DNA of 64,000 nt, taken from assembly GCA_965208575.1 (NCBI GenBank), contig CBDBOV010000002.1, positions 512,001 to 576,000 of the forward strand. Direction: 5' to 3'. Of this stretch, positions 45,228-54,562 are shown one piece after another; position 1 is the stretch's first letter; each line of letters opens with the position of its first letter. The notes beneath the pieces are model-generated. The model was given only the letters and a program-made list of their open reading frames with translations, had not been told where the DNA came from and did not search any database. The DNA is from Spirochaetia bacterium. Its GTDB lineage: Bacteria > Spirochaetota > Spirochaetia > SZUA-6 > Bin103. The translations under genes and the position numbers were made by a program.

Positions 45228-46889
45228 ATGGCACCTGACACCTATACGCAGCCGCGCCCGCCGACGCCGTCAGCGCGGCCTGAACCGGCAGCCACCGGCC
45301 CAGCCGCGACCGCGGCCACCACCGCTGCGAGGGCGCCCGGCGCGAGCGAGACTGCGCCGCTCGCCGTTGCCGACAGCGCAGCGCCTCCGGCCCCGGAGGC
45401 ACCGCCCGACCTGAATCAGCTCGGCAACCGCATCGCCGAGCTGTCGGCGCGCATCCAGGCCGCCACCTACGAGTTGCTGTGTTACGTGCGCGAGTTCGAC
45501 CGCCACCACGGCTGGGAGGGCTTCCGTTCCTGCGCCCACTGGCTCAACTGGCGCACCGGCCTCGACCTCGGCGCTGCCCGCGAGAAGCTGCGCGTGGCCG
45601 CTGCGCTGGCCGATCTCAACCACCTCTCCGCGGCCATGGCCTGCGGTCGGCTGTCCTACTCCATCGTACGCGCCCTGACTCGAGTGGCCACCGCCGACAA
45701 CGAGGCACGGCTGATTGCCGTGGCCTGCTGTGCCACCGCGGCGCAGGTGGAGCGGCTGGTGCGGGGGTGGCGGCAGGCGGACCGGGAGGCGCAGCCGGAC
45801 GCGGAGCAGGTGCGGCTCGCGCGGCGCACGCTGACCACGCGGGTGGACGAGGACGGCATGGTGGTGCTGCGGGCGCGGCTTACGCCTGAGGTAGGCGCGG
45901 TAGTGCTGCGGGCGCTGGAGGCGGCCCTGGAGCAGGTGCCGGCGGCGGAGGAGGAGGATACCGCCGGCGGCGACGAGGCGAGCATCGCGCAGCGGCGTGC
46001 GGATGCGCTGGGGCTGGTGGCCGAGAGCGCGCTGGCCGGCGGGCTTGATCCGGGCAGCAGCGGCGACCGCTTCCAGGTGACGGTACACGTGGAGGCTGAC
46101 GGGCTTTGCTGCCGCGAGGCCGCCACGGCCCCGCGGCACGTTTCCGCGGAAATTGCGCCGGGCAGCGAGGCAGCCTTCGCACCGGCGGCAGCGTTACTGG
46201 GCGGGGTGGCGGAGCAAGTGTCGATCGAGCACGCGGAGAAACTACCGGCCACCGAGGCGCCCGACCGTGACCTGGCGGTCCCGATGCCTGGCCCCGACGC
46301 CGGGCAGGCGGTGATCGAACAAGCAGGAGGCATATACGTCGGCAAGGAGGCAGCGCGTCGCGTCGCCTGCGATGCCGGCCTCGTGGAGCTGCGCCACGGC
46401 GCCGACGGCGAGGTGCTCGAAGTAAGCCGCAGGACCCGCACCATCCCGACCGCGCTGCGCCGTGCCCTGCAGAGCAGGGATCGCAACCAGTGCCAGTTCC
46501 CCGGCTGCGAGTCCCGCCACTGCGACGCCCATCACGTCATGCACTGGGCCGACGGCGGGGAGACGCAGCTCTTCAACCTGGTTCTTGTGTGTAAATTCCA
46601 CCACCGCGCGGTCCACGAGGAGGGGTTTCAGGTGGTCGCTGACGGCGCCGGGGCGTTCCTGTTCCTCCGGCCGAATGGCGAGCCGCTGCCGGCGGTGCCA
46701 CCGGCGCCGCGCTGGGAGGGTGTCGGGCCGCCGCTGGCGCCGACCGTGGAGCGCTTGGCGGCGGCCGGCATCAGCATCGGTCCGCACACCGCTACGCCCG
46801 AGTGGTTCGGCGAATCGCTGCACGTGGCGGCGGCGCTCGACGTGCTGTGGCAGCCGCCGGTGGCGGCGGCGCGCGGCGGCGTTCCCTGA
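45228..46889 (+). CDS. DUF222 + HNH endonuclease (13E12 repeat family-like)
   Basis: 'FD...GW.GFRSCAHWL.WR.G......RE..RVA.AL', 'QRRADAL', 'RR.ACDA', 'R.RT.P.ALRRAL..RD..C.FPGC.....DAHH..HWA.GG.T...NL...C..HH..VHE'. Confidence 0.9.
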   Translation: MAPDTYTQPRPPTPSARPEPAATGPAATAATTAARAPGASETAPLAVADSAAPPAPEAPPDLNQLGNRIAELSARIQAATYELLCYVREFDRHHGWEGFRSCAHWLNWRTGLDLGAAREKLRVAAALADLNHLSAAMACGRLSYSIVRALTRVATADNEARLIAVACCATAAQVERLVRGWRQADREAQPDAEQVRLARRTLTTRVDEDGMVVLRARLTPEVGAVVLRALEAALEQVPAAEEEDTAGGDEASIAQRRADALGLVAESALAGGLDPGSSGDRFQVTVHVEADGLCCREAATAPRHVSAEIAPGSEAAFAPAAALLGGVAEQVSIEHAEKLPATEAPDRDLAVPMPGPDAGQAVIEQAGGIYVGKEAARRVACDAGLVELRHGADGEVLEVSRRTRTIPTALRRALQSRDRNQCQFPGCESRHCDAHHVMHWADGGETQLFNLVLVCKFHHRAVHEEGFQVVADGAGAFLFLRPNGEPLPAVPPAPRWEGVGPPLAPTVERLAAAGISIGPHTATPEWFGESLHVAAALDVLWQPPVAAARGGVP

Positions 46890-47017
46890 GGGACCTGCGA
46901 CCTGGCGGTGCAGCGCAGCGCGGATGAGCAGCGCGCCCGCAATGGAGACTGCCTCCAGGGATTTTCAGTCCTCATCAGCATGGGATCGCCCTGTCGATCC
47001 GCCTGGGGGTGTTGACG

Positions 47018-47035
47018 TGCATATACATTTATGCA
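47018..47035. promoter_or_regulatory. Palindromic operator of the brnT operon
   Basis: TGCATA-tacatt-TATGCA directly after a TTGACG -35-like hexamer (47012-47017). Confidence 0.55.
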
Positions 47036-47050
47036 AACCTGAGGTGGGCG

Positions 47051-47320
47051 GTGGAGTTCGAGTACGATGCCAAGAAGTCCCGTACCAACGCAGACAAGCA
47101 CGGGATTGACTTTGAGCACGCTCAGAACCTGTGGCAGGACGCTGGACTGCTCACCTTGCCGGCACGATCCGAGAGCGAAGCTCGGTTTCTGGCGGTCGGA
47201 AAGATCATGGATCGGTACGACACGGCTGTCTTCACTGAGCGGTCCGCAAGGGTACGATTGATCAGTGTTCGGCGGTCTCGCGCGGAGGAGAAGGATCTGT
47301 ATGAGCGCAACCAACAGTGA
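47051..47320 (+). CDS. brnT: BrnT family ribonuclease toxin
   Basis: 'FEYD..KS..N..KHGIDF..AQ.LW.D......A.S..E.RF..VGKI.....TAVFT.R...VRLISVRRSR.EE..LYE'. Confidence 0.9.
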   Translation: MEFEYDAKKSRTNADKHGIDFEHAQNLWQDAGLLTLPARSESEARFLAVGKIMDRYDTAVFTERSARVRLISVRRSRAEEKDLYERNQQ

Positions 47321-47567
47321 GAATCTGGAACAGCGATTCGATGCCGGTGAATCGGTCCTCGACTACTTTGAGACGGATGTGACGTTGACCATAGGCCGGT
47401 TGGCAGACCTGGCGCGGATCCTCAACATGTCTGCGCTCTCTCGTGAGGCAGGGATCAACATCCAGACGCTGCAGGCGAAGATCAGGAGACGGACACCGCT
47501 GTCGGGAAGCGAGACGCGCCGGATCGTCCTTGCCCTCAAGCGCCATCACCTTGCAACCATCGCCTGA
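47301..47567 (+). CDS. Putative antitoxin: BrnA/CopG-like N-terminus plus HTH-like C-terminus
   Basis: Overlaps the brnT stop; N-terminus 'LEQRFDAGESVLDYFE'; C-terminus 'ILNMSALSREAGINIQTLQAKIRR'. Confidence 0.7.
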   Translation: MSATNSENLEQRFDAGESVLDYFETDVTLTIGRLADLARILNMSALSREAGINIQTLQAKIRRRTPLSGSETRRIVLALKRHHLATIA

Positions 47568-47582
47568 GCGTTCTGGGGACAA

Positions 47583-48125
47583 CTAGGTCAGGGAGGCGGT
47601 GGTGAGCGGCGAGATGTCGGGCCAGCCGTAGGCGATCTCGATCAGTTCGGTGCCGCCTATGGCGATCGTCTCCTGCTTGATCTGTACGCCGCCGAGCGCT
47701 TCGTAGAAGCCGCGGGATGGATTGTCCTCGAGGACCCAGAGCAGCATCGATCGCCAGCCGCGGGAGATGAACCAGTCGGCGAGCGCGGCAACCAGGCGAT
47801 GACCCAGTCGCAGTCCCTGCCACGACTCGAGGAGGTAGATCGCATACAACTCGGCGGGGTAGGCGGGGTCATTGCTCCGTTCCGGTCCACCGGAGGAGAA
47901 CCCGACGATCCGGGCGTCCCGATCCTCGGCCACGTACACCTTCTGGCGCCGGTCGGCCAGGGTGCGCTGCCAGTTCGCTTCCCGCCGATCGTAGTCCAGT
48001 GCGGCCAGGTGCTCCGCGGGGAGGATGCCGGCATAGGTGGAGCGCCAACTGTCGACGTGGACGCGCGCAATCCCCCGGGCGTCCGAATCGACCGCCTGCC
48101 GTACGTGAGCCTCGTGCGCTACCAT
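47583..48125 (-). CDS. GNAT family N-acetyltransferase
   Basis: 'DA.GIARVHVDSWR.TY.GI', 'ELYAIYLL...QG..LG..L', 'LWVLEDNP.RGFYEALGG'. Confidence 0.9.
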   Translation of the reverse strand: MVAHEAHVRQAVDSDARGIARVHVDSWRSTYAGILPAEHLAALDYDRREANWQRTLADRRQKVYVAEDRDARIVGFSSGGPERSNDPAYPAELYAIYLLESWQGLRLGHRLVAALADWFISRGWRSMLLWVLEDNPSRGFYEALGGVQIKQETIAIGGTELIEIAYGWPDISPLTTASLT

Positions 48126-48241
48126 GGGCGACTATAGCACGCCGAGCGTTGGTCATGCGCTGTCCAGGCCCGGCCGGTGGCCGTGGTGGCCGCCAGGGTC
48201 CGGCGGCACCAGGTCGAGGAAGTTGCTATACTGGTGGCGCA

Positions 48242-49420
48242 ATGTCATCTCGACACGATACGCCGTCTCGAGGAGCCGACAGCGAGGATTCGTCCCGCAA
48301 CGCTAGTTTGCTGGAAGCCATCCATATCAAGGGTTTCCGGTCCCTCTCCGATATCGAGATCACGGACTTGCCGCGGGCCGCCGTGCTGATAGGCGCCAAC
48401 GGCTCGGGCAAGTCCAACCTGATCCGCTTTTTCGAGATGATGAGCTGGATGCTGAGGTCCCGCCGCTTGGCACAATTCGTCACACTTCAGGGTGGAGCCG
48501 ACGATCAGTTATTTCGCGGAAGCAGTGTCAGCCCACGCATGGAAGCGACGCTCTCCATGCGCACCGACGCAGGCCGGAACGACTATCGATTCGCGCTCGC
48601 ACATGCTCAACCGGACAGGTTCATGTTTGTCGATGAAGCGTTTCGCTTCAGCAGCGAAGCAACCGATGCGGAGCACGGGCGAGAATGGTTTCTCCTTGGG
48701 AGCGGCCATACCGAAGCCGAGATACTGGAAATCGCCCAGTCCGACAGCGCCGGCAGCAAGACGGCACGGGTCATCGTCGCACTATTGCGGAGTTGCGCAG
48801 TCTACCAGTTCCATGACACCTCCAATGAATCGCGCTTCAAGCAGAGGTGGGACTCGAGCGACAACGCGCAACTGCGTTCTCACGGCGGGAATCTGGCCGC
48901 CGTCCTGCTCCGACTGGAGCGAGAGGATATAGGACGCTTCGAACTGATCTGCTATCACATCGGCCGGGTCCTTCCCGTTTTCGACCGCTTCGAAGTCGAG
49001 GAGACCAACGGCACCGTGCTGCTCAGATGGAAGGCCAGAGGCACAGACAAGACGTTCGGGCCGCATCTCACGTCGGACGGGTCCCTGCGTCTGTTCGCGC
49101 TCGTGACGCTGCTCAACCTTCCCTCTGACATGCTTCCCGACGTGTTGCTGCTGGACGAACCGGAACTTGGCCTGCACCCGGCCGGGATCGGATTGATCGC
49201 CGGCATGGTAAAACAGCGCTCCATGGATCGACAAGTAATCGCGGCCACCCAGTCGCCCCGGTTCCTGGATTCTTTCGATCTCCATGAAATTGTAGTACTG
49301 GAACTCAGTGATGGACGGACGCTGTGTCGCAGGCTCGAATCACAAGAGTATCAGCGCTGGATCGAGGAGTTTTCTCCCGGCCAGCTCTGGGAGAAAAATC
49401 TGCTCGGCGGCCGACCATGA
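48242..49420 (+). CDS. AAA_21 family ABC-type ATPase
   Basis: 'I.GFRSL', GANGSGKSN, 'YQFHDTS', 'SDGSLR', 'LLDEPELGLHP', 'ATQSP', 'LWEKNLLGGRP'. Confidence 0.9.
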   Translation: MSSRHDTPSRGADSEDSSRNASLLEAIHIKGFRSLSDIEITDLPRAAVLIGANGSGKSNLIRFFEMMSWMLRSRRLAQFVTLQGGADDQLFRGSSVSPRMEATLSMRTDAGRNDYRFALAHAQPDRFMFVDEAFRFSSEATDAEHGREWFLLGSGHTEAEILEIAQSDSAGSKTARVIVALLRSCAVYQFHDTSNESRFKQRWDSSDNAQLRSHGGNLAAVLLRLEREDIGRFELICYHIGRVLPVFDRFEVEETNGTVLLRWKARGTDKTFGPHLTSDGSLRLFALVTLLNLPSDMLPDVLLLDEPELGLHPAGIGLIAGMVKQRSMDRQVIAATQSPRFLDSFDLHEIVVLELSDGRTLCRRLESQEYQRWIEEFSPGQLWEKNLLGGRP

Positions 49421-50046
49421 TTCGCTTGGCAATCGTAGTAGAGGGGGAAACAGAGGAGGAGTTCGTGAAGCGCGTGCTTACCGCACATCTTCAGACGCGC
49501 GAGGTTCAGGCGACGCCTCACTCGATCGGCGGGAACGTAACGGTGGAGCGATTGGCATATGAGATGGCCAACTATTTCTGGTCGTACGATCGCGTGACAT
49601 CGCTCGTCGATTTCTACGGATTTCGGAACAAGGGTCAGGCGTCGCGGGAAGACCTGGAAGCACGCATACATGAACAGGTGAGCAAGAACATCAAACGGAG
49701 CTGGGATCGATCACGCGTGTTTCCGTACGTCCAACAGTATGAATTCGAGGGTCTGCTGTTCTCCGATGTCATGGTCTTTGGGAAGTTGCTGGATCGTCCT
49801 CCAAATCTGGTGGAGAAGCTGAGCGCGGTCAGATCGAGGTTCCCGACCCCGGAAGAGATCAATGACAACAAAGAAACGAAACCGAGCAGGCGCATCAAAG
49901 ACCTGATGCCGAGTTACCAAAAGAGGGTCGATGGGCCCTTTCTCGCCGGCAGCATCGGATTGGCTACGCTTCGCACAGAATGCCCGCGATTTGGAAGGTG
50001 GCTTGCGCGGCTGGAGCAACTGGAGAATCAGCAGCATCCGCAGTGA
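49417..50046 (+). CDS. DUF4276 family protein (TOPRIM-like)
   Basis: 'IVVEGETEEEFV', 'VTSLVDFYG', 'PYVQQYEFEGLLFSD', 'PEEIND...T.PS.RI', 'Y.K..DG', 'CPRF..WL'; ATGA overlap with the ATPase. Confidence 0.85.
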   Translation: MIRLAIVVEGETEEEFVKRVLTAHLQTREVQATPHSIGGNVTVERLAYEMANYFWSYDRVTSLVDFYGFRNKGQASREDLEARIHEQVSKNIKRSWDRSRVFPYVQQYEFEGLLFSDVMVFGKLLDRPPNLVEKLSAVRSRFPTPEEINDNKETKPSRRIKDLMPSYQKRVDGPFLAGSIGLATLRTECPRFGRWLARLEQLENQQHPQ

Positions 50047-50330
50047 TCCAAGTTGGGGCCTCGCGATCGGCACCGCCGGTTGCTTGGTCAGGTGCTGTGT
50101 CCAGGACCGTCCGGTGGCCGCCGACGTGCGGGGGCTGCATGATGCGGTGGCGGCGGTCGGCGAGGTGGAAGGTGCCACGTTTGTCGTCAGTCACGGTATC
50201 GGCCGAGCTACAAACGCGCGCCAATCGCCCCGTCGACCATCCGCAATCGCTCTCTCCGCCCTTGCTCACACAGGCCCACTGGTCCGTGGCCCGTGGCACC
50301 GGCGCGGCCTGTCGTGCGATCTTTCCTACC

Positions 50331-51689
50331 ATGAAGCCCAATATTCTTCTGCTGATGACCGACCAGCAGCGCGCCGATGCGCTCGGCTGCGTCACGCCGT
50401 GGATGGAGACACCGCACATGGACCGCATTGCCGCCGAGGGGGTGCGCTTCAGCCGCTGCGTGACCAACTCGCCGGTGTGCATTCCCACGCGCCGGTCGAT
50501 GGCCAGCGGCCACTACCCGCACAACACCGGCATCTGGCACAACCAGAGCACGACGCTCGACCCGGAGGCGCCCAACTGGATGCGCACCGTGCGCGATGCG
50601 GGCTACCGCACCAGCGTGTTCGGCAAGACCCACCTCAATCACGCCGGCCCCGACCTCAGGGAGCGTGCGCACCTGCTCGTGGCGCAGGGCATCGACGACG
50701 TGTACGAGACGGTGGGGCCGCGGCAGTCCGCAACCACGCTGACGCACATGACCGCGGAGTGGGAAGCGCTGGGCATCTGGGACGCCTACAAGCGTGATTT
50801 CAAGGAGCGCTTCGCCACCAAGCCGCACCTGGTGCGCCCCTCGCCGCTGGGCTTCGAGCACTACTACGACACCCACGTGGGCCGGAAGGCGAAGGCCTAC
50901 CTGGAGGAGTACGACCGCGACCAGCCCTGGTTTTGCTGGGTCACCTTCGGCGGCCCGCACGAGCCGTGGGACACGCCGGAGCCCTGGTTCTCGCACTACG
51001 ATTCCGGACGGATGCCGCCCGCACTGCGCGGCGACCTGCGCGCCGGCCACCGGTCCCCGGGCCACCTCGACGAACTGCGCGCCCGGATGCCCGCCATGAC
51101 GCCGGACGACGTGGCCGCGATGCGCGCCAACTACGCCGGCAACGTGTCGCTGATCGACGACCAGGTGGGGCAGCTATTCTCGGTGATCGAGCAGCGCGGC
51201 GAGTGGCAGAACACGGTGGTGGTGCTGTGTTCGGACCACGGCGAGATGAACGGCGACTACGACATGATCTACAAGAGCAATTTCCTGAACAGCGCGCTGC
51301 GCGTGCCGCTGCTGGTCAAGGGCCCGGGCGTGGCGCGCGGCGTTTGCGAAGGCCCGGTGGAGTGGTTTGACGTCGGCCCGACGCTGGCCGAGTTCGCCGG
51401 CGCCGCGCTCGACTTCGAGCAGTTTGCGGTCTCCCTGATGCCGTCGCTGCGCGATCCCGCGGTAGAGACCCGCGCCGATGCGCTATCGGAGATCCACGGG
51501 GAGGCGATGGTGATGGACAAGCGCTGGAAGTGCGCCGTGAACGCCGACGGAAAGGCGTACCTGCTGTTCGACCTGGACAACGACCCTGCTGAGTCCGCCA
51601 ACCTGGCCGGCCTGCCGGAGTACCGCGACGTGGAAGAGCACCTGCGCCTGCGCCTCCTGGAGCGGATAATGGCCGCCCAGTTCACGTAA
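50331..51689 (+). CDS. Sulfatase (formylglycine-dependent)
   Basis: 'PNILLLMTDQQR', CxPxR 'CIPTR', 'GKTH', 'PHEP', 'SDHGEM'. Confidence 0.92.
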   Translation: MKPNILLLMTDQQRADALGCVTPWMETPHMDRIAAEGVRFSRCVTNSPVCIPTRRSMASGHYPHNTGIWHNQSTTLDPEAPNWMRTVRDAGYRTSVFGKTHLNHAGPDLRERAHLLVAQGIDDVYETVGPRQSATTLTHMTAEWEALGIWDAYKRDFKERFATKPHLVRPSPLGFEHYYDTHVGRKAKAYLEEYDRDQPWFCWVTFGGPHEPWDTPEPWFSHYDSGRMPPALRGDLRAGHRSPGHLDELRARMPAMTPDDVAAMRANYAGNVSLIDDQVGQLFSVIEQRGEWQNTVVVLCSDHGEMNGDYDMIYKSNFLNSALRVPLLVKGPGVARGVCEGPVEWFDVGPTLAEFAGAALDFEQFAVSLMPSLRDPAVETRADALSEIHGEAMVMDKRWKCAVNADGKAYLLFDLDNDPAESANLAGLPEYRDVEEHLRLRLLERIMAAQFT

Positions 51690-51736
51690 CCTGCCCGCCG
51701 CTGATGTCACGTGTAGCCGGTCCGCGGGCGGTGGCT

Positions 51737-52618
51737 TCAGGACACGCGGGAGTATTCGTCGGCGGGGTAGCGGAAGGTGGCGGGGGTCTCGCCGTCAGCG
51801 AGCGGGCCCTTGTCGAGCGTCGGCGGCGGCCGGTAGTCGAACGGGGCCTCGTCGGTGGCGTAGGTCGTGGTGCGGCGCTCGCGGAGGCAGGCGCGCAGCA
51901 CCTTCTGCTTGGCGACCACGTACTCGCGGGTGAACGGGCCGTGCTCCCACTCGATCCGCACAGTGTGGAACGTGTAGTAGACCACGCGGCGCAGCTTGTC
52001 GGACACGTTGGGCGGCGAGCCGTGCAGCAGGCGCACGTTGTGGAACAGCACGTCGCCGGCGCGCAGCAGCACCGGCTCGGCGCCCTCGGTGGAGAAGCCG
52101 TCCCGGTTGCGCTCGGCGATCGCCGCGGCGGTGCGCGCGTCGGACCACTGGTGGCTGCCCGTCACCACCCAGATACAGGTGTCCAGGTCGGCATCGTCGA
52201 GGTAGAAGTCGGCGATGAACACCGGCGGGTCGGACGGGTAGTCGTCGGTGCTGGCGCGGTCGCGGTGCCACGGCACTTCGATGCCCTGGCCCGGCATCTT
52301 GAGCACCATGGCGTCCTGGGTCGGAAACAGGTCGGGGCCGGCGATCCGCTGCACGGCGGCGAGCACGCGCGGGTGGCCCATCATGGCGCGCGCCGCGTGC
52401 GACTTGTCGACCACGTACTGGATGCGGCGCAACACCTGAGAGCCGTCCAGGTGCCCGGCGCTGAACAGGTAGTCGGGCGCATCGGGATCCGCCTGGCCGG
52501 CCACGCGGTCCATGTCGGCGCGCATCGCCGCCAGCTCCTCGGCCGCGAGGCAGCCGGGCAGCACCAGCCAGCCGTTGTCCAGGAACGACTGCACTTCAGC
52601 ATCGGAAAGACAAGCCAT
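51737..52618 (-). CDS. PhyH family dioxygenase
   Basis: 'VPWHRD', 'FYLDDA....C.WV..GSH', 'AGDVLFHN..LLHGS..N.S..LRR'. Confidence 0.9.
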   Translation of the reverse strand: MACLSDAEVQSFLDNGWLVLPGCLAAEELAAMRADMDRVAGQADPDAPDYLFSAGHLDGSQVLRRIQYVVDKSHAARAMMGHPRVLAAVQRIAGPDLFPTQDAMVLKMPGQGIEVPWHRDRASTDDYPSDPPVFIADFYLDDADLDTCIWVVTGSHQWSDARTAAAIAERNRDGFSTEGAEPVLLRAGDVLFHNVRLLHGSPPNVSDKLRRVVYYTFHTVRIEWEHGPFTREYVVAKQKVLRACLRERRTTTYATDEAPFDYRPPPTLDKGPLADGETPATFRYPADEYSRVS

Positions 52619-52972
52619 GAGTGTGGTTGTACCGACTCGGCGGGCACTCGTCAAACGCCTGCCTCCCGGCGACTGTGGCCGCCCGCCGCGCCCGACGGCG
52701 CCGACGACTTCCTGTTCTGGTGGGACGATGTGACCCTCAACGAGGAACTCACCCCCAGCGTGCCGTCGCAGAGAACTCGGGCGCATGACGCTCGATGAGA
52801 GGATCGCCCAGCTCCGTACGACAGGCCTCCCCGGGTCGTGTGGTCCGGGGTAGCGGGTATCGCAATGGACGTACCGGCTTCCAGTTGCGCCGCGGAACCT
52901 ACTATGGTCGGCCCTGACGCCGCATCGGCGTGGCTGTCAGCAGCCGGCTGCGTGCGTCACGGAGGTGGACGA

Positions 52973-54448
52973 GTGACAACTGTCATGCAACGGGATCGGG
53001 GAGTGCGGCCGCGTATTGGCATCTTCGGGATTGGGCTGGCGGCGTATTGGCCGCAGTTTGCGGGGTTGAAGGAGCAGCTCCAGGGTTACCAGCGCAGCGT
53101 GGAGGAGCGCGTCGGGCAATGGGCGGAGGTGGTGTCGGCCGGGCTGGTGGACTCGGCGCCCGGCGCGGTGGAGGCGGGCAACCTGTTTCAGAGGAGCCAG
53201 GTCGATATGGTGTACTGCTACGTGGGCACCTATTCGACCAGCTCGCAGGTGCTGCCGGCGGTGCAGATTCCGCGCGTGCCGGTGCTGGTGCTCAACCTGC
53301 AGCCGAGCGCCGCCCTGGACTACGCGCGCACCGACACCAAGGAGTGGCTGGCCAACTGCTGCGCCTGCTGCGTGCCGGAGATCAGTTGTGCGTTCAGCCG
53401 CTGCGACATCGACTTCCACGTGGTGTCGGGCATGCTGACCGAGGAACCCGGCTGCGAGGAGCCGGCCCGCCGCGCCTGGGCGCAGATCCGGGAGTGGACG
53501 GAGGCGGCGGGCGTGCTGCGCACCATGCGCCGTAGCCGCATCGGCGTGCTCGGCCACACCTACCCCGGCATGCTCGACATGTACAGCGACTTTACCCAGC
53601 ACCAGGGACAGCTCGGCACCCACGTCGAGGTGCTGGAGATGTGCGACCTGGCCGTCCTGGTGCGCGCCGCGACCGAACGCGAGGTGCGCGCCAAGGAGGA
53701 GGAGGCGCTGGCGGTGTTCGAGCTGGCGGAGGACTCGCCGTCCGATCCGCTCGCCGTGCGGCCCGCCCCCGACGCGCTCGACTGGGCCTACCGGGTGGCG
53801 GTGGGCCTGGACCGGCTGGTGGCGGACTTCGCCCTCGACGGCCTCACCTACTACTACCGCGGCCTCGACCACAACGAGTACGAGCGCATCGCCGCCGGTT
53901 TCGCCCTCGGCTGCTCGCTGCTCACCTCGCGCGGCGTGCCGTGCAGCGGCGAGGGCGACCTCAAGAACTGCCAGGCGATGAAGATCGTGGACACCTTCGG
54001 CGCCGGCGGCAGCTATTCGGAGGTGACCGCGATGGACTTCCGCGAGAATTTCATCCTGGCTGGCCACGACGGGCCGTTCCACCTCGCCATCTCGGCGGAG
54101 CGCCCGCTGCTGCGCGGCCTGGAGCTGTTCCACGGCAAGCACGGCGCCGGCGTCGGGGTGGAGACGCAGGTGCGCCACGGCCCCGTAACCCTGCTGTCGA
54201 TGACGCAGACCCGCGCCGGCAACCTCAAGCTGGTGGCCGCGCAGGGCGACAGCATCCCGGGCCCGGTGCTGCAAATCGGCAACACCGACAGCCGCCTGCA
54301 GTTCAGCCTCGGCCCGGCCGAATTCATCGACGCCTGGTGCCGCGAGGGGCCCACCCACCACTTCGCCCTGGGCGTCGGCCACATCCTCCCCCGCATCGAG
54401 AAATTCGCCGCTATCGCCTCACTCGACCTGCGAGTCGTCGCTTCCTGA
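52973..54448 (+). CDS. L-fucose/L-arabinose isomerase family protein
   Basis: 'IG.FGIGL.AYW.QF.GL', 'GH.YPGMLDMYSD', 'GEGDLK', 'GHDGP.H', 'GPTHH.ALG.GH'. Confidence 0.85.
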   Translation: MTTVMQRDRGVRPRIGIFGIGLAAYWPQFAGLKEQLQGYQRSVEERVGQWAEVVSAGLVDSAPGAVEAGNLFQRSQVDMVYCYVGTYSTSSQVLPAVQIPRVPVLVLNLQPSAALDYARTDTKEWLANCCACCVPEISCAFSRCDIDFHVVSGMLTEEPGCEEPARRAWAQIREWTEAAGVLRTMRRSRIGVLGHTYPGMLDMYSDFTQHQGQLGTHVEVLEMCDLAVLVRAATEREVRAKEEEALAVFELAEDSPSDPLAVRPAPDALDWAYRVAVGLDRLVADFALDGLTYYYRGLDHNEYERIAAGFALGCSLLTSRGVPCSGEGDLKNCQAMKIVDTFGAGGSYSEVTAMDFRENFILAGHDGPFHLAISAERPLLRGLELFHGKHGAGVGVETQVRHGPVTLLSMTQTRAGNLKLVAAQGDSIPGPVLQIGNTDSRLQFSLGPAEFIDAWCREGPTHHFALGVGHILPRIEKFAAIASLDLRVVAS

Positions 54449-54562
54449 GCGTACCGGGGTGGTCGCCGGCGTGAGTCCTTCATGCGGCTTGCAGTCCGGG
54501 ACGATCACCTCGGCGCCCGACCTACCGGCTCCCACAGCGCTACGGCCGGCGTGTTGTCCTCC

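Noticed and set aside
41234-48125. The two GNAT genes as TA toxins
   Set aside because: Neither has an adjacent RHH (DUF1778) antitoxin, and both resemble ordinary standalone acetyltransferases.
50331-51689. Sulfatase as part of the sulfation cluster
   Set aside because: It lies 9 kb away, separated by unrelated genes, and no linkage is evident from the sequence.
52690-52820. Possible gene fragment (DDFLFWWDDVTLNEEL / MTLDERIAQLR) in the intergenic gap
   Set aside because: Too short and broken to assign to a family without a search.
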